64,000 nucleotides of DNA from the NCBI GenBank assembly GCA_010015805.1, contig ML978125.1:744001-808000 (forward strand), in the 5' to 3' direction. Within the stretch, counting starts at the first letter, position 1; each line of letters starts with the position of its first letter. This DNA comes from Rhizodiscina lignyota. Lineage: Eukaryota. The translations under genes were made by a program, and so were the position numbers. Of this stretch, positions 49,531-61,691 are shown piece after piece. The notes beneath the pieces were generated by a model. It was not told the origin of the DNA. It did no database searches and saw nothing but the letters and a program-made list of their open reading frames with translations.

Positions 49531-50786
49531 CAGCCTCTGACCGACATCTAAGGTAGCTACGGTTCTTCTCTCCACGTTTTCGGATGTGCCCTGGGTGGAC
49601 TTGCTCCTTATGAGCGCCTGAGAACTGGGTACGGCTGGCCCACCCTAGCTATTGCCAATATAAGTGGCATGATATGACAACGAAGGGTCCGAGTCATTCC
49701 TTTGTCTTTTGGAAAAGGCCTGTGGCAATACTCCGTACCAGTCAAGCAATTCCGAAAACAAAAACGTCCTCGTCGCAATCACAAAGGCCATGCAGTATAT
49801 TGGGCTTATGAAAATTCGGCTGACACCGATTCACTTCCTCTACGTGAGTTTAATATCTACTTGATGGATGACTGTATGGCATTATTGCTAACGGAATTAC
49901 TAGGCTATGAGTAAGTGTGGCTCTAAATCTCATTCGTAGTTTCAGCCATTAAGAGCAAAACAACATGAATATCAGAGACTTCATTATGGAGTTACAGAAG
50001 GTTAAATGGAAAGTTACGTAGACTCAATAGCTTGTTCAGTAATTTCAAAGCCGTAGCTACCGCGCCATTCGCAGTAATTACACTGGCAGTTAAAGAAAGG
50101 GGTTCCGTCATCTTGAATCAGTATGTTGTGATCAAGAACGAGAGAGCCAATTGAAACTAAGAGAATATACTTGACGAGAGGGACAGCCTTGCGATCTATA
50201 TTTGTATGGATCTCGGTCCTTCACGCCACACTTGCGCCCCGTGGGGATGTACAGCCTTACCTCCTTACTCCGTATATGTCCCTGGAATCGGCGAATTGCT
50301 CCGTCTCGGATCACGGTGAGCTTTGGAGGGAAGCCCGTAAGTGTGAGTGAGAACGCTGTTCCATATGTACAGGTAGGCCGTCCACAAGGTGATATGCATT
50401 GAAGTCACTGCCTGTTCTCCTGACAATCGAATGCTCCGGACGAACGAGCATGGCCGTTAAGCGGAGACGGAGCAATCAGAGAATCCTTCCGGGCCCACTT
50501 CGGCATAGCCGCAGAGCCTTCATAGACAAGAGGCCGAAAGCAGTAAGCACTAGGTCCTAGCGGGCCTAGGCTCGCCGTGGCGATGGCGGGCGAAGCATTG
50601 CCAAGACCGTCATTACGAAAGGCGAGCGGTGCTGCCTTCCGCTGTGATTGCGCATTGGCACTGCCTCCTCTTCCGCCTGGCTCCTATACAGAGACGTCCC
50701 TCCTTCTCTCCCTCTTCTTCCTTCCTTTCACTTGTCCTCGACACTCTACAACAGTTTCCTTTGTTTTGTCACAGTATAACGAAGAT

Positions 50787-52059
50787 ATGGCTGCTTTCCA
50801 GGGTCAGCTCATTAGCCATCTGGCGCGCCGCGGCATGGACAGCATGTCGGGCGACCTCCCCAAGATGTCGATGGAGATGGATAGGGACGACCTCATGCAG
50901 GTACAACAGCAGCAGTGGAACGACGTGTTCAACCAGCTGCCTATCTGGGGTATCGTGATGATTGGAATCACTGTCCTCGTCTTCTATATCCTCATCGTCT
51001 CGGTATGTCTCTCGGAGATAGCGTGGATATCGCACCGCGCCACATTGTAGCATATATTATGACGCTAACATAGATGCTCTGCAGGTCTCCTATACTCTGG
51101 GCCGCGTTGTCATGACTCTAGCCATGATCGAAACCCCCACCGTCGACTACATACCCATTTCTTCTCTCGATTCCTTCGACCCTACGAGCAAAGACGCGAC
51201 CAACTTGATCATTGATGGCGAGCCACACACCGTCATGGCGAACAAGCCCATCACGTCCAAGATCCGCTCCACGATCCGTCACCTTCACAAGCATGCTGGA
51301 TTCTGGTCTCGCTGGAGAGGTCTCGGCTATTTCTTCCTCTACAGCTTCGCTTTCGGTGCCGTCCACTTTCCCATCATGAGTGCCCTCCGTTGGCTCCCAG
51401 CGGGTGAGACTTTCGCGGCTATCCTCACTTCCGTCCTGCTCGCCCAGCTCCACTGCGCTTGGACCCACAAGATGATCTCTATGCCATCCCAGAAGTCTTT
51501 CCTCTCTCGTATCCCGCCACGCGCTGCATGGCGTCAGCTCTGGATCCCGAACGCAGTCGCCGCTGGCTGCATGCAGGCTTCTTTCCAGGTCATTCGCATG
51601 CTCGCTCTCACGCTCAGTTACACCATCTATGACCACGAGAAGCAACAGATTGTGGATTCTTGGTGGATTATCGTCATGAAGATCCTTGCTGTTCTTTCTC
51701 TCGCATTCTTCCTCGGCTTCTTCATCGTCCTGCCGAACTACGCCGCACTCACCCGCATTGAGGCTACTCTGCTTAATGATGAGGAGGATACCATTGTTCC
51801 ATTCGACCGCACCTTTGGTGGCAAAGTTACTCCAGTTGTCGTCGGTGGCAGCGGTTTCCACTACGTCAAGGAAGTGTGCCAGACCTTTGATCGTGAAGCC
51901 AGGATCAGGATTATCAAGCTGTTCTTCAAGATGGCTTTGATCTTCTTCGCGCTGACCATCCTGTACATCCACGTCGTCTCGTTCGAGATGTTCTTCATCA
52001 TTGGACCGGTCGCTAAGGAGGCTGCGAAGAAGGCTGGTGCTAGACTGCTGAGAATGTAA
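50787..52059 (+). CDS. Multi-pass membrane protein of unknown function (2 exons)
   Basis: Intron 51003-51084. Several hydrophobic helices, KPITSKIRSTIRHL, WSRWRG, HCAWTH and EDTIVPFDRTFGGKV blocks, strong codon bias. Confidence 0.85.
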
Positions 52060-52515
52060 ATAGAATGGAAGAATCTGGAGTTGTATGTGAGGCTGAGAAT
52101 GAGTCAAGTCGAAACGCCGAAAGGAGGGACACCTGATAGCTTGGATACCTGCGTATGAGATGCGAGTGATACCTTTTGGACCTGGCATTATAATGGAGTT
52201 AATCTTTTGGAGGGCGAAGTGACGGAAGTTGAATTCCAGGATCAAGTCTTGTAGAATATCGAAACTCAATACATGTTACTTGCGTTTACAAGTGTGTCTT
52301 TTCCAGTGCGAGAGGACGGCCGAGTGATATGATTACTATCGCACGTTTCGAGTTACAATATATTGCACCGTCAGCAGAAGAAACAGTACGAAGCGTCCGC
52401 CGAGGCTGCGGAGCTCTGATCTAAGCTCCATGAGAAGCAGCGTCCAAACATAAACCTTAAGAGTTCCTCGTTTCCTCGTTAGAAGTTTCTCAGACGCACT
52501 TGGTACCGGGTTAAA

Positions 52516-53010
52516 ATGGCAGACTCAGAAGCAGACTCTAAGCCCATTAAATCTCTCATCCAATCCTTCTTCGACGCCATCAATGCCTCCGACACCAAAG
52601 CTCTCCAAGAGCACTTCTTCCCCACTGCCTCCCTCACAATCCTCCGTCAAGATCCGCCGTTGCCTGAATCATCCCCTCCGCCGTCTCCACCTGACAATAA
52701 AATCACCGTCGTAACGCGTACGAACATTGAGACGTTCATCAAGATGGTCGAAGACGGGGAGCGGAGAAGGAAGGGCAAGAAAGGACCGGAGCTCGTGGAG
52801 AGGCCAGATTTGGAGCACACGAGGATAGAAGTGGATGCGGGATTTGGCATGGCATGGAGTCCGTTTACAGTGACCTTTGATGGCGTGCTGCATCACTATG
52901 GAGTCATGGTGTATACGCTGGGGAGGGAGGAAGGCGGCAAGTGGAGAATTGAGGGCCTAACGCAGAGTTATAGAAGGACCCCGGGATGGGAAAAAACGTC
53001 GTTCCTATGA
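52516..53010 (+). CDS. Small NTF2/SnoaL-like fold protein
   Basis: 164-aa ORF with an N-terminal helix (IQSFFDAINASD..ALQEHF) followed by beta-strands (GMAWSPFTV...HYG..VYTL....GKWRI). The fold is inferred. Confidence 0.65.
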   Translation: MADSEADSKPIKSLIQSFFDAINASDTKALQEHFFPTASLTILRQDPPLPESSPPPSPPDNKITVVTRTNIETFIKMVEDGERRRKGKKGPELVERPDLEHTRIEVDAGFGMAWSPFTVTFDGVLHHYGVMVYTLGREEGGKWRIEGLTQSYRRTPGWEKTSFL

Positions 53011-53935
53011 ACCGTACAGAGTAAAGGATAAGTGATTCTTAGAGGAAGAGAATCATCCAATAGTCATGTCCGCCTGCAGAATGCGATATGTTGATGTCGC
53101 GATTATGGTAGGAAGTTGAGGTATAACGAAACATGACACCTTGGTTGATATCGCCAATAGTTCGCATAGTAGAGCATTACCTCAAAGAAGCTCTAATACG
53201 CTGCGTTCAGCCATTCTCAGATGAAGGGCAATCTAGATTGACGGAATAGATTTGTTGACGTGATACAACAAATGATTCCTGCCATCACATATGCAGCTCA
53301 ACAAACGCCTATCGCCACGATTCGGCAAGCACAAGCTCCTCACATGATGCCGTGGCATCTTTCACAGCGATCTGTGCCTGAAACAATTGCATCCACCCGG
53401 CCTCGTTTTGCGCACGCGAACAGCTTTCTGCAGCGGAAATCCGGGGTAAATCCAGTTGCCCCAGCCACCGATGTTCAACCGCCTTTGCGCACGGGCCACC
53501 CCAGCCATATCCACCAGCCTCCTCGTATCTCCAACCTCACGAACAAACGAAAACTCAGCGCAACTGGCTGAGCGGTCCAAATTGGCGTCGAATGGCGTCG
53601 AGTAAGCTCACTGTAGCCTTATTACTGTATTTTGACGGCTGGCCCAACCTTCGTGGTATCGAGGTAATCAAGCTTAAGATGTGAGAGATATAAGGCGACC
53701 CAGTAAGGCCAGGACACAGTGCATCTCCAGCTCATCCAGCACATTCGAGACTCGACATTCGCTGTCAATAATCCTCTCACTTCCGCTGCTCTCTCGCAAT
53801 CATCGCTGCTGCTTCTTGCTCATTTTCACTGCACGTCCTAGCTTCAGCACTACATCGTCCACATCGAGCAGTCCTGTCTTTTCAAATATTTAATATAGTT
53901 CTATATCCTCTCAGTCACTCCAAAATTCAGCAGAC

Positions 53936-54938
53936 ATGAAGCACGCCTCTGCCTCTGCGCTGCTTTTCGCGGCTACCCTTGCTCACGCCCAAATTCCATC
54001 TTAGTAAGTCTTTGACGCTCTACTCACTCCAGTATAATTGCTAATTAATTTTCAGCTCTCCAGAAGACGGAGGTGACTACTTCTCCGCCCCGAGTAAGCC
54101 AGAATATGGTGACAGCTCGGAGGGATGGGGATCCTACGGCGGCGGCTGGGGTTCGAGCTCGTACGCAACATCAACCACCGTCTACTCGACCACGACAACC
54201 ACAACCCCTTGCACAACAAGCAGCTCAACTCTGTCAACGCCTGTTGCTCCCGTCATTCCACCCAGCACTTCGACCTGCCCCTTGCCAACGACTCTCTACA
54301 TCACAAGTTACCAGAAGGAGGTCTCAACCGCCTACCAAAAGGCAACTGAGACAATCTACGCAACAATTACGGCAACCCAGAAGGCGGTTGAGACAGTTAC
54401 TTGCACAGAAACCGAAGTGCAGACCAAGGTCTTGACTCAAGCGGAGACTCTGACCCAGATTCTGACGCAGAAGGAGGCGGAAGTTGAGACAAAGATCGTG
54501 ACGCAGAAGGAGATTTCGACGACCACATGCACCGAAACCGAAGTGGAGACCAAGATCCTGAGCCAGAAGGAGGTTGCCACCGCTACTGTCACAACCACTT
54601 GCTTCGAGACCGAGACGGTGACCAAGCCGATTTCTATCATCCTCACTTCGACGTTGATCTCCTCGTGCCCAATCTCCTCCTCCACTCCAGTTGGGCCAAT
54701 CATTCCTCCGCCAATCAGCACCGGCACGGGTACTCCTTGCACCACCAACTCAACTATCTCGTACACATGGAAGTCTACACCGCCACCATACACGACGCAC
54801 AGCACCACACCCACAACGTCGACAACTCCAAGCATCTCATCGACCGCAGCTAGCGCACAGTTCACTGGAGCAGCTTCAAGGAGTAGTGTTGGCATGGGCC
54901 TGATTGCGATCGGTGCCGTCTTTGCGGCTCTGCTGTAA
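53936..54938 (+). CDS. Secreted Thr/Ser-rich, probably GPI-anchored cell-wall protein (2 exons)
   Basis: Signal peptide MKHASASALLFAATLAHA, intron 54004-54055, TCTETEV repeats and C-terminal AQFTGAAS plus hydrophobic tail (GPI signal). Confidence 0.88.
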
Positions 54939-55474
54939 AGGGATGAATGGGATTGGTTTATTGTGATCACGACTGCTTTGAAGGAATGAAGTATGATGGA
55001 TACGCACGCACACATGAATACTATTAATCTCATTACGGATGGGCATCTCAAGCAACGGCGCACAAAGGAGGAATGAGGCCATGGGATACGCCTCATGTTC
55101 ATGTTCATGTTCATATATTTACACTAGATGTTCCTTAATACTTCACATTGCTATTTGACGATTCGATACATGCTTCAACAAGGTGCTTTGCGGCTCTATC
55201 AGACGGGCGACAGACTTCGTAATCTAATATCTAATCAAATACATTCAAGCCCCTCAACCACCCCATTCAACGTCAGCAACATTGGCAAAACCCTAGTATT
55301 AAGTAACGTTATACTCGAGCCTTAAGTGGTAAGCTAAGATCTTTACATCTGCGCTCCGTATGGGTTGCTTCTTCACAAAGTCTCTTTACCGGCTACGTCT
55401 AAATCCATCAACGTCCGTAATCACTGAATTTGCGATCTTCTTTATCCTGTCCTGCATCTGCTGTAAAGAGTCCA

Positions 55475-56691
55475 TTACAAACTCGCTGCGGTTTTCTGCA
55501 GGTGGGCTGGCATTCTCCGATGCGTAAAGTTGCCAGTAATATTCTGCAAGTTAGCCAGCAAACTTCCCTCCTTGTAGTCATCCAGATCCAGATCCATGAA
55601 TCCTTCCGGTGCAATACTGTGAGGCGTAATGAACAGTGACCGGCCTGGACTCTTTTAGAAAGGGCCGTGAAGTCTCAAGCATGTCGACTCACCATTGATA
55701 GAATCATCCGACGCAATCCTCATTACGCACTTGGCACAGTCTTCCGTGGTAGCAAAATCCGTACCTTGTCCCTGCATGTCCTTCCTCAGGTGATTTCTGA
55801 CGGCCTCGGTCATTAATGGAGTTGCAATGAACCTGTTCCCGGTCAGGACTTGATCAAACTGGGCGAAAAATCACAAACCATGGCGCGATGAGATTGACTC
55901 TGCCGACTCCAAAACGTCTCAAGCAGCACATGAGACCTCTGACGCCGAACTTCGACGCGCTGTACGTCGGCGAACCGTTCGTGTTGAGGAAACCCATGAT
56001 ACTAGACACGAGGATGAGACACTGCTCCATTCCAGGTCCCTGCTTGTTAAAGTAGTGTAGCGCAAGCTTTGATGTGTATACAGTGCCGAGAAGATTAATC
56101 TCGAGGATCTTCATGTTTGGTTTAACCGGTTCCTTCTCCGGATCTACGCAATGTCAGATTCGTTGTTGGCCAGTCCTCAGTGCAGAGCCTGTTACCAAGT
56201 TCGTGGAACAGATCGGATCCAGAGATGCCTGCACTCGTAACGACATAGTCAATTCTGTTGTTTGGTCCTTTCGCTATCGCTGTCTTGAAGGCTTCGTGTT
56301 GTTCTTCCCAGGACATGCAATCGCATTTGACGAATAGCACACTGATTGCGTCAGCCCGGTCAGGACAAAATCTCCCCTGGTTTCTTACTTGTCTGGAGTC
56401 GGCTGTTTCGATGGCGGATGGAGGTCCGCAATGACAACGAATGCTCTGACGAAGTGGTCAGTACGGCGATCTGTGGATTGGGACTCTGGTGACGCACCCT
56501 GCATCGGCGAAATCCTTCACCATCGCCTCACCAAGGCCGCTGCTACCTGAGGCATCGTAAGTTTTTCCAACATATATATTATTATTCGGCGTAGTACCTC
56601 CAGTGACAATTGCCGTCTTGCCCTTAAGTTTCGCGAGATCGATTGGCTTAGAGCAGTCAACGGGACCGCCATTCTTGTAAGTAAATCGCAT
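55475..56691 (-). CDS. Short-chain dehydrogenase/reductase (15-HPGD / hydroxyaverantin-dehydrogenase-like; ~7 exons)
   Basis: Spliced TAIVTGGSSGLG, FVKCD, SAGI, INLLG, catalytic YSASK and RVNLIAPWFI. Last exon GRSLFI...FMDLDLDDY...AASL*. Confidence 0.88.
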
Positions 56692-56972
56692 CTTTCCACA
56701 GTCTTAACAACGACAGATCAATAATTGTGCGATCCATTTTCCAAAACTGAGAATCCTCTGATATATCAGGTGGACAGGCTCACTGTTGGCGCTGGGTTAC
56801 CGAAGGCCGGAGAGGGTCCGTTTCATCCGTTCGGTCCCCACAAAAAGAGACGACCTCAGTCCTTGGACCGAACGTAACTTGGACTGTCAAGAGCCATCAC
56901 CAAAGGCTTTGCACGTTCGAAATTTAATCATCGAGGTAGCTTGAAGTTCTCTTGACATCTCTGTGTTACTGT

Positions 56973-57866
56973 ATGGCCAGCGACTCCCCTTTCCTTTCTG
57001 CAGAGAAGATCGCGTCCTAATCAATCCAGCCACCAGGACATCCAGAAGTTGAAGAAGCTCAAGCAGCCCATCGTATCCAACTGGTGAAGACCTGGGGCAT
57101 GATACAGCAAGGCAGCCGAGTCTTAGAGCTAGGATGCGGGCAAGATAGCTGCACTGCTGTTCTTGCTGCCGTCGTTGGATCCTCTGGACATGTCGACGCT
57201 GTTGACCCTGCTCCAGGGAACTATGGCGCTCCATTCACACTCGAGCAGGCACAGTCCCACATCTCCGCTAGCGAAGTCGGAGACCGCATTACATGGCATC
57301 GTGCAGAGCCAGAGCAGTTTTTGCTTGATGCGGCGAGCCGGCAGGAGACGTGGGATGTCGCTGCCCTTGCGCATTGCATATGGTACTTCTCCTCGGCTGA
57401 GACACTGACAAACACTATGAGGGCTCTTAAAGGACGTGTGCGGAGCGTGTGCATCGCAGAATATGCACTGCATGCTACAGAACAAGCTGCTGTACCGCAT
57501 GTACTTGCCGCACTGGCAAGAGGAATGCTGGAAGCGCATAAAGAGTCGAGCCAGGCAAACATACGAACGCCGCTCAGTCCGAATGCCATTCGTCAAATCA
57601 TTGAGACAAGTGGCTGGCGAGTAGAATCCAAGACTACTGCTGTTCCGGCGAAAGGACTCCTAGATGGCTACTGGGAAGTCGAAATGATTCGGCGAGATGA
57701 GTTTCTTGAAGAGATTCGGAATACTGTGAGGGATCAGCGAATGCAAAACAGCGCTGTTTTCAGCAAGAGATGCTATGATTGCTGCCGCAAACGGACTGTG
57801 CGGCGAGAAGGTGTGCACGATGGACGTCTGGGCTGCGTTCTGCTTCGAAACGTTGCAGGCTGATTA
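56973..57866 (+). pseudogene. SAM-dependent methyltransferase (UstM-like family), disrupted
   Basis: ATG 56973, in-frame TAA 57018-57020, motif RVLELGCGQD..VDAVDP..YGAP.TL.QAQ. A +1 frameshift near 57744-57747 restores ARDAMIAA...KVCTMDVWAA. Confidence 0.75.
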
Positions 57867-58943
57867 GGTGCTGATATTGCGGAGAGTGAGACTGCGACTT
57901 TTAATGTCAAAGAACAAGAGCAAGGAGGGACGAAAGAATGTTTTGGCAGAACACAAATCCCAGTATGCGCCTTCGAAGCGTTTGCGCCGACGAATTCGAG
58001 TCGCGTCCTGTGAGATGCCTGGCCTTCCTCTCAGGTCTCTCATTCATACATCAAGCAGATACGATGACAGCAGACCACCTAGAATGGAATCGAGAATAAT
58101 CCAGGAAGAGTTGGAACTAAACAGAGTGTGATGAGAAAGGGTGGTATGCTGTGCTAGGGAAATACCCTTGGTGGGGCTATAATTATTTGAATTTAGTAAG
58201 TATATATACAACTCGCGTATTCGGATCCCTGTCAATGACCTGCCGCTCTGGCATAGCGGCAGCGAGACAACTATTAAATAAAGGTGCGCCCTAAGCTCCT
58301 TTCATACAGTGCTAACACTTGATCTAGATCGGCCAAAAAAAAAATACTAAATACCAAAAAAACCAGGTCATGCTGGTTCAACTGCACCTTCCAACCGCCT
58401 AGTCTTTCAAAAGACTAGGATTGGGGGTGGTGTAGATTTTTTGCTATTTTTCTTTACTGCAAAGGCATCAATTCCCGGCAGCATCATTTCTCTTTTTTCT
58501 TTTTTTTTTTTAATCATAACATAAATATCTCTAGAAACAACGAAGCATTCTAACATTCTATATTTTCTATTATACTCGCGTAACTTCATAGCCTCGTGTA
58601 TATCTAGCGTAAACGGGAGTTTCGTGATTACGCTGGTACGACTAAACAGCTTTTTGCGAGCAGTCTAAGGGTCCGAAGGCCGCGAAATCTGTCACCTGAC
58701 ACCTTGAGCCAGTTCTTGGTTGACATCATTACTCATCTACGACGCCTCTGTTTGAGAATATCCGACGCGGCACACGTATATTTGCGGCTTTTGACAGCTT
58801 GCGGCTCCTCGCCAAAGAAGCAAGAAACAACCGCGACCATTTAATCTCTGTTATGTATTTAACTTGACAGAAAATAATCATTCTCGGACGCAACGATCGC
58901 GAATGTACACTAAGTTCTGACTTTGCCAGCCACCTTGCTAATC

Positions 58944-60875
58944 TCAGACCAGGGCACGGACTATCCTTATTGGCAAATTGGCCCATGTTTTTGGAGGTGG
59001 CATTTGGCTTGGATCGAGAATCAAAGCTCGCCTCCCGGAGGTGATGTCCATCTCCGTCAAAGGTACAAACATCTTCCACTCCCTAGAGTAAATCTTCCAA
59101 AATAGATACAAGGCAATGAATATCGGTGCCGCGAGGTAAGATTGGAAGAAATCTATCGCATCTGGACTTCCGCCAAGCGGCTTCGAGGGTAGTCAGCAAT
59201 TGTATGACACGTGCATTGGGCGGTGTACTTACGAAAAGCGCTGTGTAAAAGGTAGTTGCCATACCAAGCACGTTCACGAAGAACCCATAGTAGCTGCCAA
59301 TGACACCAAACATCGCCTTAAAAGGAAGTTCGTCTAACGAATGCCCTTGGGCTTTCCAAGCGCTGCGAAAACGGATGTGGGCGAAGTTGATTGCCCCCCA
59401 AGCGAAGAAATTCGAGAGCCCGCCAAGAGCGATGATCCAGTAAAATATAGTTGTCGCGTTACCCGATTCTCCTACGAAGCCCAACATGCCAAAGGCAAGC
59501 TGAATCGCAATAGCTACTAACGGGCGGCCTTTAGAGTCGACGTAGGCGACAAACTTTGGACCCATTCCGCGCTCGGCCAACGCTTGCATGGTTCGAGTGG
59601 ATGCGTAGAGGCTTGAATTGGCGACGCTAAGTGTAGAAATTACGATGACGGCGTTAAATATCGAGGGGAGTGCCTTGATGCCCGCAAGCTTAATTGCGAT
59701 GACAAAGGGAGAGAATTTGGAATTTGCTCCAGAGGCATTCAACAAGTCCGGATCGCTGGAAGGGACAAGTAGGGTGACCATGAAGAGCGAGACGACGTAA
59801 AAGAAGACCATTCGCCACAGCACTTGTTTAGTGGCCAGTGGAAGGCTCTTCAACGGATTCTTGGCCTCGGCGGCTGCAAGACCAACCATTTCGGTCCCGC
59901 CGTATTCAAATGCAGCAAAAGTCAAGACAGCGCAGAAGCCCTTGAAGCCATTGCGGAATGCCCCAGGGTGGTGCCAGTATTTTGCTCCTAGGTATCCTTG
60001 AGGGCCAGTGCCGCCGGTGTCGATGACAATGCCGAGGATTATGAATCCAACTAGGCCGACGACTTTGATTATGCTGAGCACAAACTCAACTGCAAACGAT
60101 CAGCACGACAACATCTGCAAGCGGAAAGAATGGATAATTCGAACCTTCGCCGAAGCCGCGAACGCCAAAGACTTGAATCACTATGATGAGAACGGTGAAC
60201 ATCATCACCCATACACCAATGTTGATATCATCTCTCCAGAATTCAATGGTGAGTGCGAAGGCGGAAATTTCAAAAGGCAGAATCGTTAACCACCCAATCG
60301 CGTACTCCCAACCAACGGCAAATCCACTGCGATACATTAGCCAGTTTGTCCCAAGCGATATAATTCACAGGTTACCTACAGAGAGGGATCGACAAAGCGA
60401 ACAACGTATGTATAGAAAGCTCCATTGACAGGGTACAGGACGGCCATTTCGCCAAGAGCCTGTACTGTGCAGAGGAGCAAGGAGCCTATAACAGCGAATC
60501 CCAGTACCTGTAGAGTCAGGGTAAGACTTGGTCAGCTCGATGAGAGCCCAGGTGTTGTACCAAACCTCCAGGTCCACCATTGGATAAAGCACTGCCGGAA
60601 CCAACGAAGAATCCAGCGCCGATTGCACCACCTTCAACACAAAACTTCTCGTCAGTCAAAGAGACATGAATAGGTAGATGAATAAACGCACCAACTGCAA
60701 TCATCTGCATATGCCGACTTTTCAGCCCACGAGCCAATGGATTCGTCTTGACGAGTATCCCCTCGTCGACAACATTGCCAGCCTCCATGGCGACACCAGC
60801 CTCAAGGTTGATTTCGACCGACTCGGGAACATCGCCGATCTTCTTCTCATCTTTAATCTGGGGTGTTTCCGCCAT
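58944..60875 (-). CDS. Amino-acid permease (YAT/Gap1 family, INDA1-like; ~6 exons)
   Basis: RGLKSRHMQMIAVGGAIGAG, ALGEMAVLYPVNGAF, GFAVGW, FEYGGTEMVG, SPFVIA and RFRSAWKAQG. Spliced last exon PLGGSPDA..FFQSYLAAP...RALV*. Confidence 0.92.
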
Positions 60876-61009
60876 TGCTGACCTTCAGCGTGCCGCCTTT
60901 GAGCAATCTGCGCTGTGAACCTGCCAGTTAGTGGCACAGTGGCATAGTACGAAGCCCGAGAGAATGGTAAGCAATCAGAATATAAAGTATGAGAACGAGA
61001 ACAAGCAAC

Positions 61010-61246
61010 GATAAGCTTATCTCTTGGTAGGCTTGTGTTATCGGTTGGAACCCGCATACATGCACCCTATCGGATTTGCAAGGTTAATGAGGTCCACTAG
61101 GCCCTGTTCTTATTACCTACGAGGCAGTAGGTATAGCAGAATACTGACAGTAATGTTCTCAGTCCCCAGGTTACCGACTCAGCCTTATAATGTAATAGCT
61201 TAGAGCTACGATAACTCAGGGTGAGACAAATCCGGGCTGCGATAAG
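61010..61246. promoter_or_regulatory. Cluster of GATA sites upstream of the permease (candidate AreA/Nit2 sites)
   Basis: Palindromic GATAAGCTTATC at 61010-61021, TTATC 61038, CTATC ~61067, GATAAC 61210 and GATAAG 61241. Confidence 0.5.
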
Positions 61247-61691
61247 TTGGTAATGCTAATAGTTAGATCTTCTGCATAGAAGGGGAAAGGAGTTTCAGTT
61301 GGGTCGCTCTAAGCCCTAAGGCACTATGCCTACTGCCAATGTATGATAGCCACCCTCATTATTGCCTGCTGGCGAGGATGAGTGTAAGTTACTTCCGCAT
61401 TTATTAGAGACGGAGCGCTACTCCAGCATGTGGCGGTGCAAGCCTGAGCCAGGTGTGGTCGACTTGGTTGAGTGCGCTACCACAGCACCAGCCTCGTAAC
61501 CTTGAGCAAGTCAAGCAATGGCTCAAAACTTGGCTGTACAAGGTCAGAGTGGATCAACGAAGAGCGTATTTTACGCACACGACTGGGATAGATCTTCCCT
61601 CAGAGGATGACGCAGCTCAAAGAGGGCTGAAGTCTAGAGCAGGCTTTCTATCCAAGACCGTTTAGCCGGACCAGGGCTGACTGCATATCTA

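Noticed and set aside
51118..52269. 383-aa antisense ORF over the membrane protein
   Set aside because: Shadow ORF expected from strong codon bias on the sense strand; no motif and a non-ATG start.
54437..55114. 225-aa antisense ORF starting at an (ATGAAC)n microsatellite
   Set aside because: Antisense of Thr-rich codons; the short hexamer repeat is trivial.
52516..57866. Possible RiPP/secondary-metabolite cluster (NTF2-like, SDR, UstM-like MTase)
   Set aside because: No backbone enzyme, DUF3328 protein or Kex2-repeat precursor; the MTase is disrupted and the repeat protein is GPI-type.
58240..58274. Helitron 3' terminus (GC hairpin plus CTRR)
   Set aside because: The hairpin is followed by CTAT, not CTRR, and no RepHel remnant is visible.
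7824..60691. Several stop-free introns of 3n length (7824-7871, 28198-28314, 43148-43195, 44627-44680, 48298-48381, 56547-56597, 60632-60691)
   Set aside because: With several dozen short introns in the window, this many is roughly what chance would give. They only explain spurious insertions in the ORF track.
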